DNA of 64,000 bases, from positions 1 to 64,000 of the forward strand of contig CAVTJJ010000006.1 of assembly GCA_963735035.1 (NCBI GenBank), written 5' to 3'. Every line of letters begins with the position of its first letter. Within the stretch, counting starts at the first letter, position 1. The notes beneath the pieces were generated by a model that saw only the letters and a program-made list of their open reading frames with translations, searched no databases and was not told the DNA's origin. This stretch comes from an uncultured candidate division Zixibacteria bacterium. Lineage in GTDB: Bacteria; Zixibacteria; MSB-5A5; GN15; FEB-12. Of the stretch, positions 1 to 9,264 are shown in pieces. The position numbers were made by a program, and so were the translations under genes.

Positions 1-1
1 G

Positions 2-970
2 TGGGGCGCGTTCATCAAGCGGGGTCTTGTTCTGGAAATGCCGGGTGCGGTAAACATCTTGCAGGCGAATGTAGCGACTTATGACGCGCGTGCTGTGACG
101 AGCGATATAGTCGACCTGGACGAGAACGCTGGAGATATCAATCTGAACGGCATCAGGTTCGAGGTCGCGGATGCTGTAATGTTCAGCAACTACTTCTTGC
201 AGGGCCTTGCCGCGTTTGGAGATCACGCGGGTGGCTCGATGGCGGCCTCGGATGTCAACGGCGACGGCATCACACTCACCCTGGCAGATCTTGTTTTCTT
301 GACCAGAGTGATGATCGGAGAGCTTCCGCCAACACCTGTGCCGAACGGCAATTGTCTGGATGGAATCCTGCGAATAAGCGGCAACACTCTCATATTAGAT
401 ACTCAGGACACGGTTGGGGCCGGCCATATCGTACTTAATGGCGAAATAACGCCAACTTTATTGGCGGCTGGGACCGAAATGCAGTATGTCTGGGAACAGC
501 TACCCGACGGACAGACGCGGACACGGATTCTTGTTTATAGCTTGCAGAGTGGCACCGGGTTTACCGGAGGACCAATAGTCTCGTTTGAAGGCAGACTGGG
601 ACTGTATTCGCTCGAATTCTCAAGCTATACCGGATTGCCGTGCGACAATAATATTACTGTTGTAGAAGGCGACGCCCAGGGCGAACTGCCGGGCGCCTTC
701 GCCCTCCACTCCAACTACCCCAACCCGTTCAACCCGGCCACAACCATCGCCTACGATCTACCCGAACGGGCGGACGTTCAGATCACGATCTATAACATCG
801 TCGGTCAGTTGGTACGCACACTCGTGGATCGCCAGGTTTCGGCCGGACGATATGAAACGACGTGGAACGGATGCGACGAGTCCGGCAACACGGTTTCGAG
901 CGGGTTGTACATCTATCGGATGACCGCCGGTGAGTTCACGCAGTCGCGGAAGATGATGTTGTTGAAGTGA
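2..970 (+). CDS. Secreted protein, 5'-truncated by the window edge: dockerin-like EF-hand pair plus C-terminal T9SS/FlgD-type sorting domain
   Basis: Frame open back to base 2; GDINLNG...ADAVMFSNYF...SDVNGDG...ADLVFL; C-terminal LHSNYPNPFNP...SSGLYIYRM...RKMMLLK. Confidence 0.8.
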   Translation, partial: WGAFIKRGLVLEMPGAVNILQANVATYDARAVTSDIVDLDENAGDINLNGIRFEVADAVMFSNYFLQGLAAFGDHAGGSMAASDVNGDGITLTLADLVFLTRVMIGELPPTPVPNGNCLDGILRISGNTLILDTQDTVGAGHIVLNGEITPTLLAAGTEMQYVWEQLPDGQTRTRILVYSLQSGTGFTGGPIVSFEGRLGLYSLEFSSYTGLPCDNNITVVEGDAQGELPGAFALHSNYPNPFNPATTIAYDLPERADVQITIYNIVGQLVRTLVDRQVSAGRYETTWNGCDESGNTVSSGLYIYRMTAGEFTQSRKMMLLK

Positions 971-1038
971 TGCGGCTATAGTGACGGCGTCTATATAGTG
1001 ATCGGCAGGCCTCTGGGCCTGCCGATCCTGTCTGATGG

Positions 1039-1062
1039 CGGCAGGGTTGGAACCCTGCCGAT
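1039..1062. repeat. Palindromic REP-like element CGGCAGGGTTGGAACCCTGCCGAT; inverted copy at 13480-13503
   Basis: Hairpin; reverse complement matches 13480-13503 with one mismatch. Confidence 0.65.
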
Positions 1063-1092
1063 TAGATTGGGCGGGCTCCGCAATGGCGATCA

Positions 1093-1120
1093 ACCCACAG
1101 CAAGCTGTGGGTTACCCGGC
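1093..1120 (+). repeat. REP-like palindrome ACCCACAGCAAGCTGTGGG(T/G)TACC, copy 1 of 4
   Basis: Same-orientation copies at 2204, 19791 and 23534. Confidence 0.8.
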
Positions 1121-1152
1121 CGTTGGGGCCGAGCTTTCAGAGAACATAAATC

Positions 1153-1180
1153 TTGACCGCATCCGATCGTTCGCTATATT
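1153..1180 (+). promoter_or_regulatory. Putative sigma70 promoter TTGACC-N16-TATATT
   Basis: Near-consensus boxes upstream of AAGGA RBS and ATG 1209. Confidence 0.55.
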
Positions 1181-1208
1181 ATATAAGGACCTCACATAAG
1201 GAACGGGT

Positions 1209-2144
1209 ATGCGTGATATCATGCGTCTGGCCATAAGTTGCTTATGCGTAGCCGCGCTGTCGGGCGGCAACGTAGCAGCTCAGGATGATTTGCAGATGAC
1301 AGAAGCCGGAACGCCGACTGTGTTAGACGCTTCAGATTCCGGAAACTCTCGGGCTGCCGCTCATGCGGCCAACAGCATTGAGGCGCTTGGCGACATCAAC
1401 TGCAATGGTTTAGCATATGAGATCGCCGATGCCGTCATGTTTTCCAACTACTTCGTCAGCGGCCGGGCCGCTTTCGTAAGTCATGTCGATAGATCAATTG
1501 CAGCCTCTGATATCAACGGTGACTGTATCGAGTTGGGAGTAGCCGATCTGGTCTGTTTGGTCAAGGTCATTATAGGTGACGCACTTCCGTACCACAACCA
1601 GATCGCATCAGTCGACGCCCGCATTACGATAGCTAACGGCGTTGTCAGCGTTAACAAGGCTATGGGTGCCGCCTGGGTCGTGGTCAAAGGAAATGTGACC
1701 CCGAGGCTTCTGGCTTCGGTCATGGAATTCAAGTATGCCTTCGATGGGCAAAATACCAACATCTTCGTCTACAGCTTTGAAGGCAATAGCTTCACAGGTG
1801 ACTTCCTGCGAGTCGACGGCGAGATAGTCGGGACCGAATTTGCTACTGCCAACGGCCAGTCGGTTAATGCCGGTGTGATGCCATTTATCTTCGAGCTGCA
1901 CCAGAACTATCCGAACCCATTCAATCAAAGCACGAACATCAGGATTGCAATCTCGAAGCTGGGTATAGAGTGGAAGCTGAACATCTACAACGTGGCCGGT
2001 CAGTTGGTTCACGGTTTCTCCGGCTGGTCCAGGGGTTACGACATCGTAAAATGGGATGCCGCCAATGTGTCCTCGGGAGTCTATTTCTATACACTAACGG
2101 TTGATGGTTACTCAACTACAAAGAAGGCGGTCCTTCTGAAGTAG
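1209..2144 (+). CDS. Secreted paralog of the upstream gene: signal peptide, dockerin-like pair, T9SS-type C-terminal domain
   Basis: GDINCNG..EIADAVMFSNYF..SDINGD..ADLV; LHQNYPNPFN...SSGVYFY...KKAVLLK. Confidence 0.85.
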   Translation: MRDIMRLAISCLCVAALSGGNVAAQDDLQMTEAGTPTVLDASDSGNSRAAAHAANSIEALGDINCNGLAYEIADAVMFSNYFVSGRAAFVSHVDRSIAASDINGDCIELGVADLVCLVKVIIGDALPYHNQIASVDARITIANGVVSVNKAMGAAWVVVKGNVTPRLLASVMEFKYAFDGQNTNIFVYSFEGNSFTGDFLRVDGEIVGTEFATANGQSVNAGVMPFIFELHQNYPNPFNQSTNIRIAISKLGIEWKLNIYNVAGQLVHGFSGWSRGYDIVKWDAANVSSGVYFYTLTVDGYSTTKKAVLLK

Positions 2145-2203
2145 TGTGCCGTAGAGCTGGTCCGTCTTCGAGCCTGCCATCGACGGTTCCGCAGCGGCGA
2201 TTG

Positions 2204-2231
2204 ACCCACCGCAAGCTGTGGGCTACCCGGC
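2204..2231 (+). repeat. REP-like palindrome ACCCACCGCAAGCTGTGGGCTACCCGGC, copy 2
   Basis: Direct repeat of 1093-1120 with two mismatches. Confidence 0.75.
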
Positions 2232-2359
2232 TATTGCTCGCATTGTCGCTGTGACAATGTGGACAAGTTGCCTCTCTGTATTGTCCCTGTGACAACAAAG
2301 TCACTCTTCATATATCAAATGACGTTGCGGACATTCTTGTTGGCGTATATGTTGACGCC

Positions 2360-3302
2360 ATGTCTAACAGGCCACCACACTCCACTATCAATCCGCTGCT
2401 TCTGCTGATCTTTGGCGCGACCTGCATCAGCTTCGCGCCGGTGTTCGTGAAGATCATAGGCGCCGAACGTCTCGGCCCGACCGCGATGGGGTTCTGGCGG
2501 ACATTCTTCGGCAGCATGATCTTGTTCTTGATAGCCATCGTTCAGGGTCATCGGCTGGTCTTGAGCCGACGACTCTACGTGTTCGCCGTTCTCGGGGGTT
2601 TCATATTCTTTCTCGATCTGTTCATCTGGCATCGGTCGGTGATCTTCTGTGGCGCCGGATTGGCGACGATTCTCGGCAACACGCAGGTGTTCATGACCGC
2701 GATACTGAGCTTCTTGATCTTCAAGGAGAAGCTGACCAGGAGATTCTGGATTGCGGCGCTCAGTGCCATTGTCGGCGTCGCTTTGCTGGTGGGACTTTTC
2801 AATCGCGACGTCGCGTTGACACATCAATATCTCGTGGGCGTCGGGCTCGGACTGGTCACCGGTGTGGTCTACGCGCACTATATCATCACGATGCGTTGGT
2901 CGGCGCACCGGGAGACGATTCGTGACGTATCTGTCTTCATGGCGTGGACGTCGATGTTCTCGGCGTTCTTTCTTGGTCTGAGCGGTCTAATCGAGAGCGA
3001 CCCCATGTGGCCGCCGGACACTACGACGTGGCTGTAGTCTGCTGGCGCTCGGATTGATTCCGCAGGCGCTCGGCTGGTGGACAATTACAACATCGCTGGC
3101 GAAGACGGCCGCCTCGCGCGCCGGACTGGTGCTGTTACTTCAGCCGACCCTGGCGGTAGTATGGGGATGGCTCTGGTTTGCGGAACAGCTCACGTTCAGT
3201 CAGGCGATCGGCGCGGCCATTACGATTGGGGCGATCTATTTCGGCGGGCTGAGAAACGGCAAGAAAGCTCCGGTCATAGTCGGTGGGGGAGAGACGCAAT
3301 AA
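2360..3302 (+). CDS. DMT/EamA family transporter (apparent frameshift near 3035)
   Basis: Hydrophobic helices; ORFs 2360-3037 and 3054-3302 join as WL-SLLALGLIPQALG if one base is removed. Confidence 0.8.
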
Positions 3303-3306
3303 AAAA

Positions 3307-3334
3307 GGCAGAACCCCAAGGGGTTCTGCCCTAC
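3307..3334 (-). repeat. GTAG-tagged hairpin between convergent genes; probably also a terminator
   Basis: Minus strand GTAGGGCAGAACCCCTTGGGGTTCTGCC followed by a T run. Confidence 0.7.
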
Positions 3335-3356
3335 GAATCATCTCTAAGTTAGGTTC

Positions 3357-4639
3357 TTAGTCCACCAGCACCTTTTCGAGACGCTGCACCAGATATTCAA
3401 TCTCGGCGTCGCCGATAATCAGCGGCGGGGAAATGCGAATCGTATGGCCGTGGCTGTCGTTGGCCAGAACACCGAGTTCGAGCAGCTTGCGGCAGTACAC
3501 CATGGCGTCGCCGTTCTTTACTTCGATGCCGATAAACAGCCCGCGCCCGCGAACTTCTTTGACATGGGTCGAGCGCTTGCAGACCTCTTCGATCTTCTTC
3601 TTGAGGATCGCGCCGTATTTGGCCGCCCGTCCCGGCAGATTCTCCTCGACCAGAACGTCAATCGCCGCGCATCCCGCCACGCAGGCGAGCGGATACCCGC
3701 CGTAGGTGGAGCCGTCGCGACCCGGCTGGAATACCATATCCATCAATTTGGAGTTGGTCACCATGACCGACACCGGCACCAGACCGCCGGAAATCGCTTT
3801 GCCGAGGATGATCGCATCGGGGATGACATTCTCATGTTCGAAACAGAACATCTTGCCGGTGCGTCCGAGACCGACCTGGATTTCGTCGAAAATCAACAGC
3901 AGGTCGTTCTCGTCGGCCAGCTTGCGACAGGCCGCCAGAAAACCGTCCGGCGGAATGTACATGCCCCCTTCGCCCTGGATCGGTTCGACCAGAATGGCGC
4001 AGGTGTTCTTGTTGATCGCCTTCTTCACGGCGTCGGCGTCGCCGTACGGCACCCGCACGAACCCTGGACCATCGGTCCGAATCCTTCGCGATATTTATCG
4101 GAGCTGGAGAACGAGATGATTCCGATCGTACGACCGTGGAAATTGTTCTCGACAACAATCATCTCCTGCTTGCCGTCGGGGATGCCTTTAGCCTTGTAGC
4201 CGTAACAGCGCCCGAGCTTGATTGCGGTCTCAACCGATTCCACGCCGCCGTTTTTCGGAAGTGTCTTGTTGCCGTTCTTGCCGAACCGGGGGCCGAGCTG
4301 CGGAAGCAGGTTGGACACTTTATTCAGAAAGACTGAAAGTGCGTCGGTATAGACAACGTTCGAAATAACGGACCCGTACTGGCCGTCGAGCGCGTCCTTG
4401 ACCGCGTTGACGATACGCGGATGATGATGCCCCTGGTTGGCGGCGGAATAGGCCGCGAGACAATCCAGGTACTTGTTCCCTTCGGCGTCGTACAACCAGG
4501 CGCCTTCGGTGCGACGAACCACCAGGCCGATTCGGCCATAATGCTGCGCGCCACTGGTATGTTCCAGATCGAGTATCTGCTTGTCTGAGAGCGATGAGTA
4601 ACCAATCGCCGGTTTGGTGTTTACAATAGTGTTGGCCAT
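3357..4639 (-). CDS. rocD: Ornithine aminotransferase, class III PLP enzyme (apparent frameshift near 4066)
   Basis: YLDCLAAYSAANQGHHHP, NFHGRT, EPIQGEGG, DEIQVGLGRTG, GKAISGG; split across two ORFs. Confidence 0.85.
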
Positions 4640-4869
4640 AGTTCTTACCTCGTTTCTTTGCCCGGCAATTTGGGGCAACGTAGTCTTGGAGGATAACACT
4701 TTAGATTCGCACGTCAAGGCCCTTTCGTATAATTCGGCGACAAATGTCTCCGGTTTTATAACAGTGACAATGACTTAGACGATTTTGTCGATGGCGTCTT
4801 TGATGTCGTCCTTTTGTGATAATTACATATATTGTCATGCGAAAGGCGTAACGACAGGTTCGAACATCC

Positions 4870-5821
4870 GTGATAACGTCCAAGGATATCAAGCAGTTAG
4901 CCGAACGCGCCGGGTTTGACCTTTGCGGAATTGCGAAGGCCGAAGTCATTCCCGAAGCGACCGCACGGTTCCATGCCTGGCTCGATAAGGGATACCAGGC
5001 CGAAATGGGATGGCTGGCGAGGAATATCGAACGGCGTCTCGACCCCAGCCAATTGGGCATTCCGGCGCGGTCGATTATCATGTTAGGCGTGAATTACTTC
5101 CAGCCGAACAGCGAGCCGATCGCGAATGGGTCCGGTCATGTTTCGCGTTATGCCCGGGGTCGAGACTATCACAAAGTTGTCGAAGGGATGATCCGACATC
5201 TCTTGAAACTTATCGAGACCCGATTCCCGGATACCCGAAAAGGCGCAGTTCAAGTCGTGGGTAGATTATGGGCCGTTTCTCGAACGGTCATACGCCGCGC
5301 GGGCGGGACTGGGGTATCTCGGGAAGAACGGTATGCTCATCAATCGTCAGTTCGGGTCATGGATATTTCTCGCGGAGTTAATTACCGATCTCGAACTCGA
5401 ACCGGATGATCCGGATGCTATCAATCATGGTCGCTGCGGAACGTGTCGGTTGTGTATCGAGGCCTGCCCGACCGGCGCTATAGTCGACGACGGCGTGGTC
5501 GATTCCAACAGCTGTATTTCATATCTGACCGTGGAGCGCCCGAGCATGATCGCGAACGAGCTTGCCTCGAAGATGGGGGATCTTGTGTTCGGCTGTGACA
5601 TCTGCCAGGAGGTCTGCCCGCACAACGGCCGCGCTAAGCTGACTACACATGACGAGCTCATGTCGAATTCGGGTGTGGGGGAGTGGCTTGATCTGGAGCG
5701 CGTGTTCTCGCTTGAGTCGCCGGATGATTTCATGGCGTTGACCGCCGGCACACCGCTAACCCGCCCGAAGTTGGAGGGGCTGAAACGAAACGCGGAGATT
5801 GTAAGGTTGAATCAGAAGTAG
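4870..5821 (+). CDS. queG: Epoxyqueuosine reductase (apparent frameshift near 5235)
   Basis: [56 protein letters not shown]. Confidence 0.88.
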
Positions 5822-5869
5822 GTCGGGTTTACGGAGTCACGAGCGAAGCGAATGACAACAAACCCGACA
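5818..5869 (+). repeat. Long GTAG-tagged REP-like element; its GTAG contains the queG TAG stop
   Basis: GTAGGTCGGGTTT...AAACCCGACA; near-identical direct copy at 6463-6514, related inverted copy at 6538-6590. Confidence 0.8.
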
Positions 5870-6097
5870 CTCTGCGTGCTGTCAGGCGTCCCGGCCTGAC
5901 AGCAGGCTGTATGGACACCGTCGGGCAGAGACGTCCGATGGCACTGCATCACATCCGGTTCCATCTCTCTACTCCATCTTCCCCGCTAACACTCCTTGTC
6001 TACGCTGCGTACTTATCAAGAACGAACCGGTCGGAGTCGTGAATTTCGGAACACGTTTTTCATCCGACCGGTTTAGTAATCTTGAAGGAGGCATCAA

Positions 6098-6394
6098 ATG
6101 ATAGTCGTACGTGACGTTTTTCAACTCAAATTCGGCAAGGCCAAACAGGCCAAGCTGGAATGGAAAAAGGGTGTGAAGTTCATGCCCAAGTCTGCGGTCG
6201 CCAAGCCGAGGCTCATGACCGACCTGGTCGGCCAGTATTACACGCTCGTGCTGGAGAGCACGTATCCCTCGCTGACCGCATACGAGAAGGCTCACCAGTC
6301 GAACGGCGGCTCGAAAGGCTTCCAGACCTGGTATCGTCGGTTCACGAATCTGGTGGAAAGCGGCCACCGGGAAGTATTCACGGTGGTGGAGTAA
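6098..6394 (+). CDS. Small NIPSNAP-like (dimeric alpha-beta barrel) protein
   Basis: GGAGG RBS; VRDVFQLKFGK, RLMTDLVG.YYTLVLE, LVESGHREVF pattern. Confidence 0.65.
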   Translation: MIVVRDVFQLKFGKAKQAKLEWKKGVKFMPKSAVAKPRLMTDLVGQYYTLVLESTYPSLTAYEKAHQSNGGSKGFQTWYRRFTNLVESGHREVFTVVE

Positions 6395-6424
6395 GAGCTG
6401 ACATCAATCAGACCGGCAGATTAT

Positions 6425-6788
6425 GTGGGCGGCACACGTCCTCGTGTGCCCCCTCCAGCCAGGTAGGTCGGATTTACGGAGTCATGAGCAGAGCGAATGA
6501 CGACAAACCCGACATTACTTTGTCGCATAGGTGAGCTTGTCGGGTTTCCTCGCTTCTCGCTCCGCTCGACCCTCGGAAACGCCGACCTACATTTCGTTCT
6601 TGAAAGATTGGGCCAGACGAGGACCCCCGATCAAGTCGGGGCAGGCTCTGACGCCCACGAGACAACCCCCGGGGTGCCCCGCCCGAAGCGGGGCAAGACA
6701 GAGTAAACGCGTTAGATCACACGCCGCTCACAGAATGGCGGGTTCGAAGCGGACCCGCCCTACCACCCTTCGACAGGCTCAGGGTGAC
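6425..6788. repeat. Mosaic cluster of REP-like palindromes (BIME-like)
   Basis: GTAG elements at 6463-6514 (+), 6538-6590 (-), 6737-6763 (-); CCCTTCGACAGGCTCAGGGTGAC at 6766-6788; further short hairpins. Confidence 0.75.
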
Positions 6789-6850
6789 TTGTATTTCAGC
6801 CGCCCCAACTTGAGGGTTGACCGACCGCCAAGAATTTGCAACATTCCCGC

Positions 6851-7501
6851 ATGGCAAGACTCGCACCCTCGGTTCTGGGAGCCGATTTCGCCCGTCTCGG
6901 CGAAGAAATCGCCGACACCGACCGCGTCGGTATCGATATCCTCCATCTGGATATCATGGACGGCCATTTTGTGCCCAACATCTCCTTCGGCCCGTCCATC
7001 GTCAAAACGATCAACAAACTGACCGACGGCTTCCTCGACGTCCACCTGATGCTCAGCGAGCCGGAGAAATATTTCGAGGCGTTCGCCAAAGCCGGGGCCG
7101 ACGCCATCACGTTCCATCTCGAAGTTCACCCAAAGCCGGTCGAATTTGCCCTGATGCTCCGGAAGCTCGGCGTGCAGCCGGGCATCTCGATAAACCCCGA
7201 CATGCCGGTAGAAAAAGTGTTGCCATTTCTCAAGGAGTTTGACTACCTGCTGGTGATGTCGGTCTTTCCGGGATTCGGTGGGCAGGCGTTTATCCGCGAC
7301 TCCCTGCCGAAAGTGCGCGCCGCCCGCGAGTATATCGCCCAACACGGGCTGAAGACGCAGATCGCGATTGATGGCGGTGTCGATTCGGGGAACGCCGCTG
7401 AAGTTGTCGCCGCCGGCGCGGATATTCTGGTGATGGGCTCCGCTTTCTTTGGAGCCAAGGACCGCGACGCGCTGGTGAAGATGGTAGCGGCACTGAAATA
7501 G
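6851..7501 (+). CDS. rpe: Ribulose-phosphate 3-epimerase
   Basis: LAPSVL.ADF, HLDIMDGHFVPN, DVHLM, MSVFPGFGGQ, IDGG. Confidence 0.95.
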   Translation: MARLAPSVLGADFARLGEEIADTDRVGIDILHLDIMDGHFVPNISFGPSIVKTINKLTDGFLDVHLMLSEPEKYFEAFAKAGADAITFHLEVHPKPVEFALMLRKLGVQPGISINPDMPVEKVLPFLKEFDYLLVMSVFPGFGGQAFIRDSLPKVRAAREYIAQHGLKTQIAIDGGVDSGNAAEVVAAGADILVMGSAFFGAKDRDALVKMVAALK

Positions 7502-7523
7502 TTTGCGAAGACAGGATGTGACC

Positions 7524-9245
7524 ATGAAACAGGGATCGATTTCAATAACGCGTGGTCGGCTCGCTCAGGCCTATGACCGCGCTGTGCGGAAGGGCGTCAA
7601 AGACCAAATAGGCCCGCGCATCATGAAGCGTGACGCGGGCGTTTTCACTAACAAGCCGTCGGTCAAGAAACTGATCGCCAATCGGCTCGGCTGGGTTGAT
7701 TCCGCAGCTTTGATGAGCCGCCGCGTTGCCGAAATCGAGAAGTTCGGCTCTGATGTATTGCGCGACGGCATCAAACATGTCGTCCTGATGGGCATGGGGG
7801 GATCATCGCTTTGTCCCGATCTGTTCCGCCTGATGTGCCGCCGTCCGAAGGGACTGAAGTCATTTGACGTGATCGACTCGACTGATCCGTCCGCGGTCAA
7901 AGCGCTGGCGCGAAAGATCACGCTCAAGAAGACGCTCTTCATAGTCGCGTCGAAATCAGGTGGTACGGTCGAGACTCGCTCGCATGAGGCATATTTCGCC
8001 GGACTTCTACGCGAAACAGGTGTCAAGAACATCGGTCGCCACTTTGTCGCTATCACCGATTCAGGCAGCGGCCTGCAGAAAGACGCGAGGCGTTTGAAGT
8101 TTCGAAAGGTATTCGTCAATCCGTCCGATATCGGTGGGCGCTATTCGGCGCTCTCTTATTTCGGGCTCGTACCGGGGTTCTTCGCGGGTGTGAACCTGAA
8201 AGCGCTGGTGGATGATGCGCTGATGATGCAGAAACTCCTGAACGCTCGTAGCGATGATACGAATCCCGCGCTATTGATCGGCGCGCTGATGGCGGCAGGA
8301 GCCGAGCAGAAGTGTGACAAGCTGACATTTGTGGCATCGAAGAGAGTGTCGCCGCTGGTGCCGTGGATCGAGCAACTGGTAGCGGAATCGACCGGCAAAG
8401 AGAACAAGGGTGTGATTCCGATTGAGGCCGAGCCGCCAACTCTATCTGCAAAGTACTCGAAAGACCGGATGTTTGTCTTTCTCAAGATGGTCGGCGAGAG
8501 CACCCCGCAGGTGGACAAACTTCACAGGGACCTTCGGAAACGCAAAGCGGCGATAATCGAAATCACGCTCGGCTCGGTGAATGAACTCGGTCGTCAGTTC
8601 CTGCTCTGGGAAGCCGCGACCGCGGTGTGCGGCTGCTTGATGAAGATCAATCCGTTCGATGAACCCAATGTCACCGAAAGCAAGAACAACACCACGGCCA
8701 TTCTCGCGGCCTTCGAGCGCGCCGGTGAATTGCCGTTTCCTTCGACCCGTTCTCGATGGGGAAGGTTATCGTTTGTAGCGGACGAGGTTATGTCGCACCG
8801 TCCCAAACAAGGCGAAAGTCTTCCACAACTTCTGAAACGGTTCTTCAAGGGAGCACGGGCGCCGAAATATTTCTCTCTATTGAATTATTACCAGTCCGAC
8901 ATGAAATGCGAGAAGATCCTGCAAAAGATTCGTGCCACCGTGCGCGACAGCACCGGTATGGCGACTTTGCGTGGCTACGGACCGCGGTATCTTCATTCGA
9001 TTGGCCAACTCTACAAGGGAGGGCCGTCGACCGGGATATTTATCGTATTCGTTCGCATCGACTATGGCCATCTGCCTATCCCCGGGAAGGCGTTCGGATT
9101 TGGTGAGCTCATAGCGGCGCAATCGATCGGAGACGCCCAGGCGCTGGTCTCTCGCAAGTTGCCGACGCTCGTATTTGCGATTGACGGTTCCCCCTCGGCC
9201 GGTCTGGACTATTTCTCCCGCGCCCTCACCTCGGCGCTCAAGTAA
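7524..9245 (+). CDS. pgi: Glucose-6-phosphate isomerase of the type found in Tal-Pgi fusions, without the transaldolase domain
   Basis: RLGW, GMGGSSL, SKSGGTVET, DIGGRYSALS, EQLVAESTGK, NPFDEPNVTESK, GPRYLHSIGQLYKGG. Confidence 0.8.
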   Translation: MKQGSISITRGRLAQAYDRAVRKGVKDQIGPRIMKRDAGVFTNKPSVKKLIANRLGWVDSAALMSRRVAEIEKFGSDVLRDGIKHVVLMGMGGSSLCPDLFRLMCRRPKGLKSFDVIDSTDPSAVKALARKITLKKTLFIVASKSGGTVETRSHEAYFAGLLRETGVKNIGRHFVAITDSGSGLQKDARRLKFRKVFVNPSDIGGRYSALSYFGLVPGFFAGVNLKALVDDALMMQKLLNARSDDTNPALLIGALMAAGAEQKCDKLTFVASKRVSPLVPWIEQLVAESTGKENKGVIPIEAEPPTLSAKYSKDRMFVFLKMVGESTPQVDKLHRDLRKRKAAIIEITLGSVNELGRQFLLWEAATAVCGCLMKINPFDEPNVTESKNNTTAILAAFERAGELPFPSTRSRWGRLSFVADEVMSHRPKQGESLPQLLKRFFKGARAPKYFSLLNYYQSDMKCEKILQKIRATVRDSTGMATLRGYGPRYLHSIGQLYKGGPSTGIFIVFVRIDYGHLPIPGKAFGFGELIAAQSIGDAQALVSRKLPTLVFAIDGSPSAGLDYFSRALTSALK

Positions 9246-9264
9246 CGAAAGGAATTTGCTGATT

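Noticed and set aside
3035..3037. TAG in the EamA gene as pyrrolysine or stop readthrough
   Set aside because: The protein continues in a different frame, so it is an indel rather than an in-frame stop
6474..7242. Short ORFs across repeat clusters (6497, 6531; also 19844, 19921, 20576, 22099, 23311)
   Set aside because: Translations of palindromic repeats or overlaps with real genes; shared peptides such as SKPQGFRPT and MVGLSVPSGVSARR simply reflect the repeats
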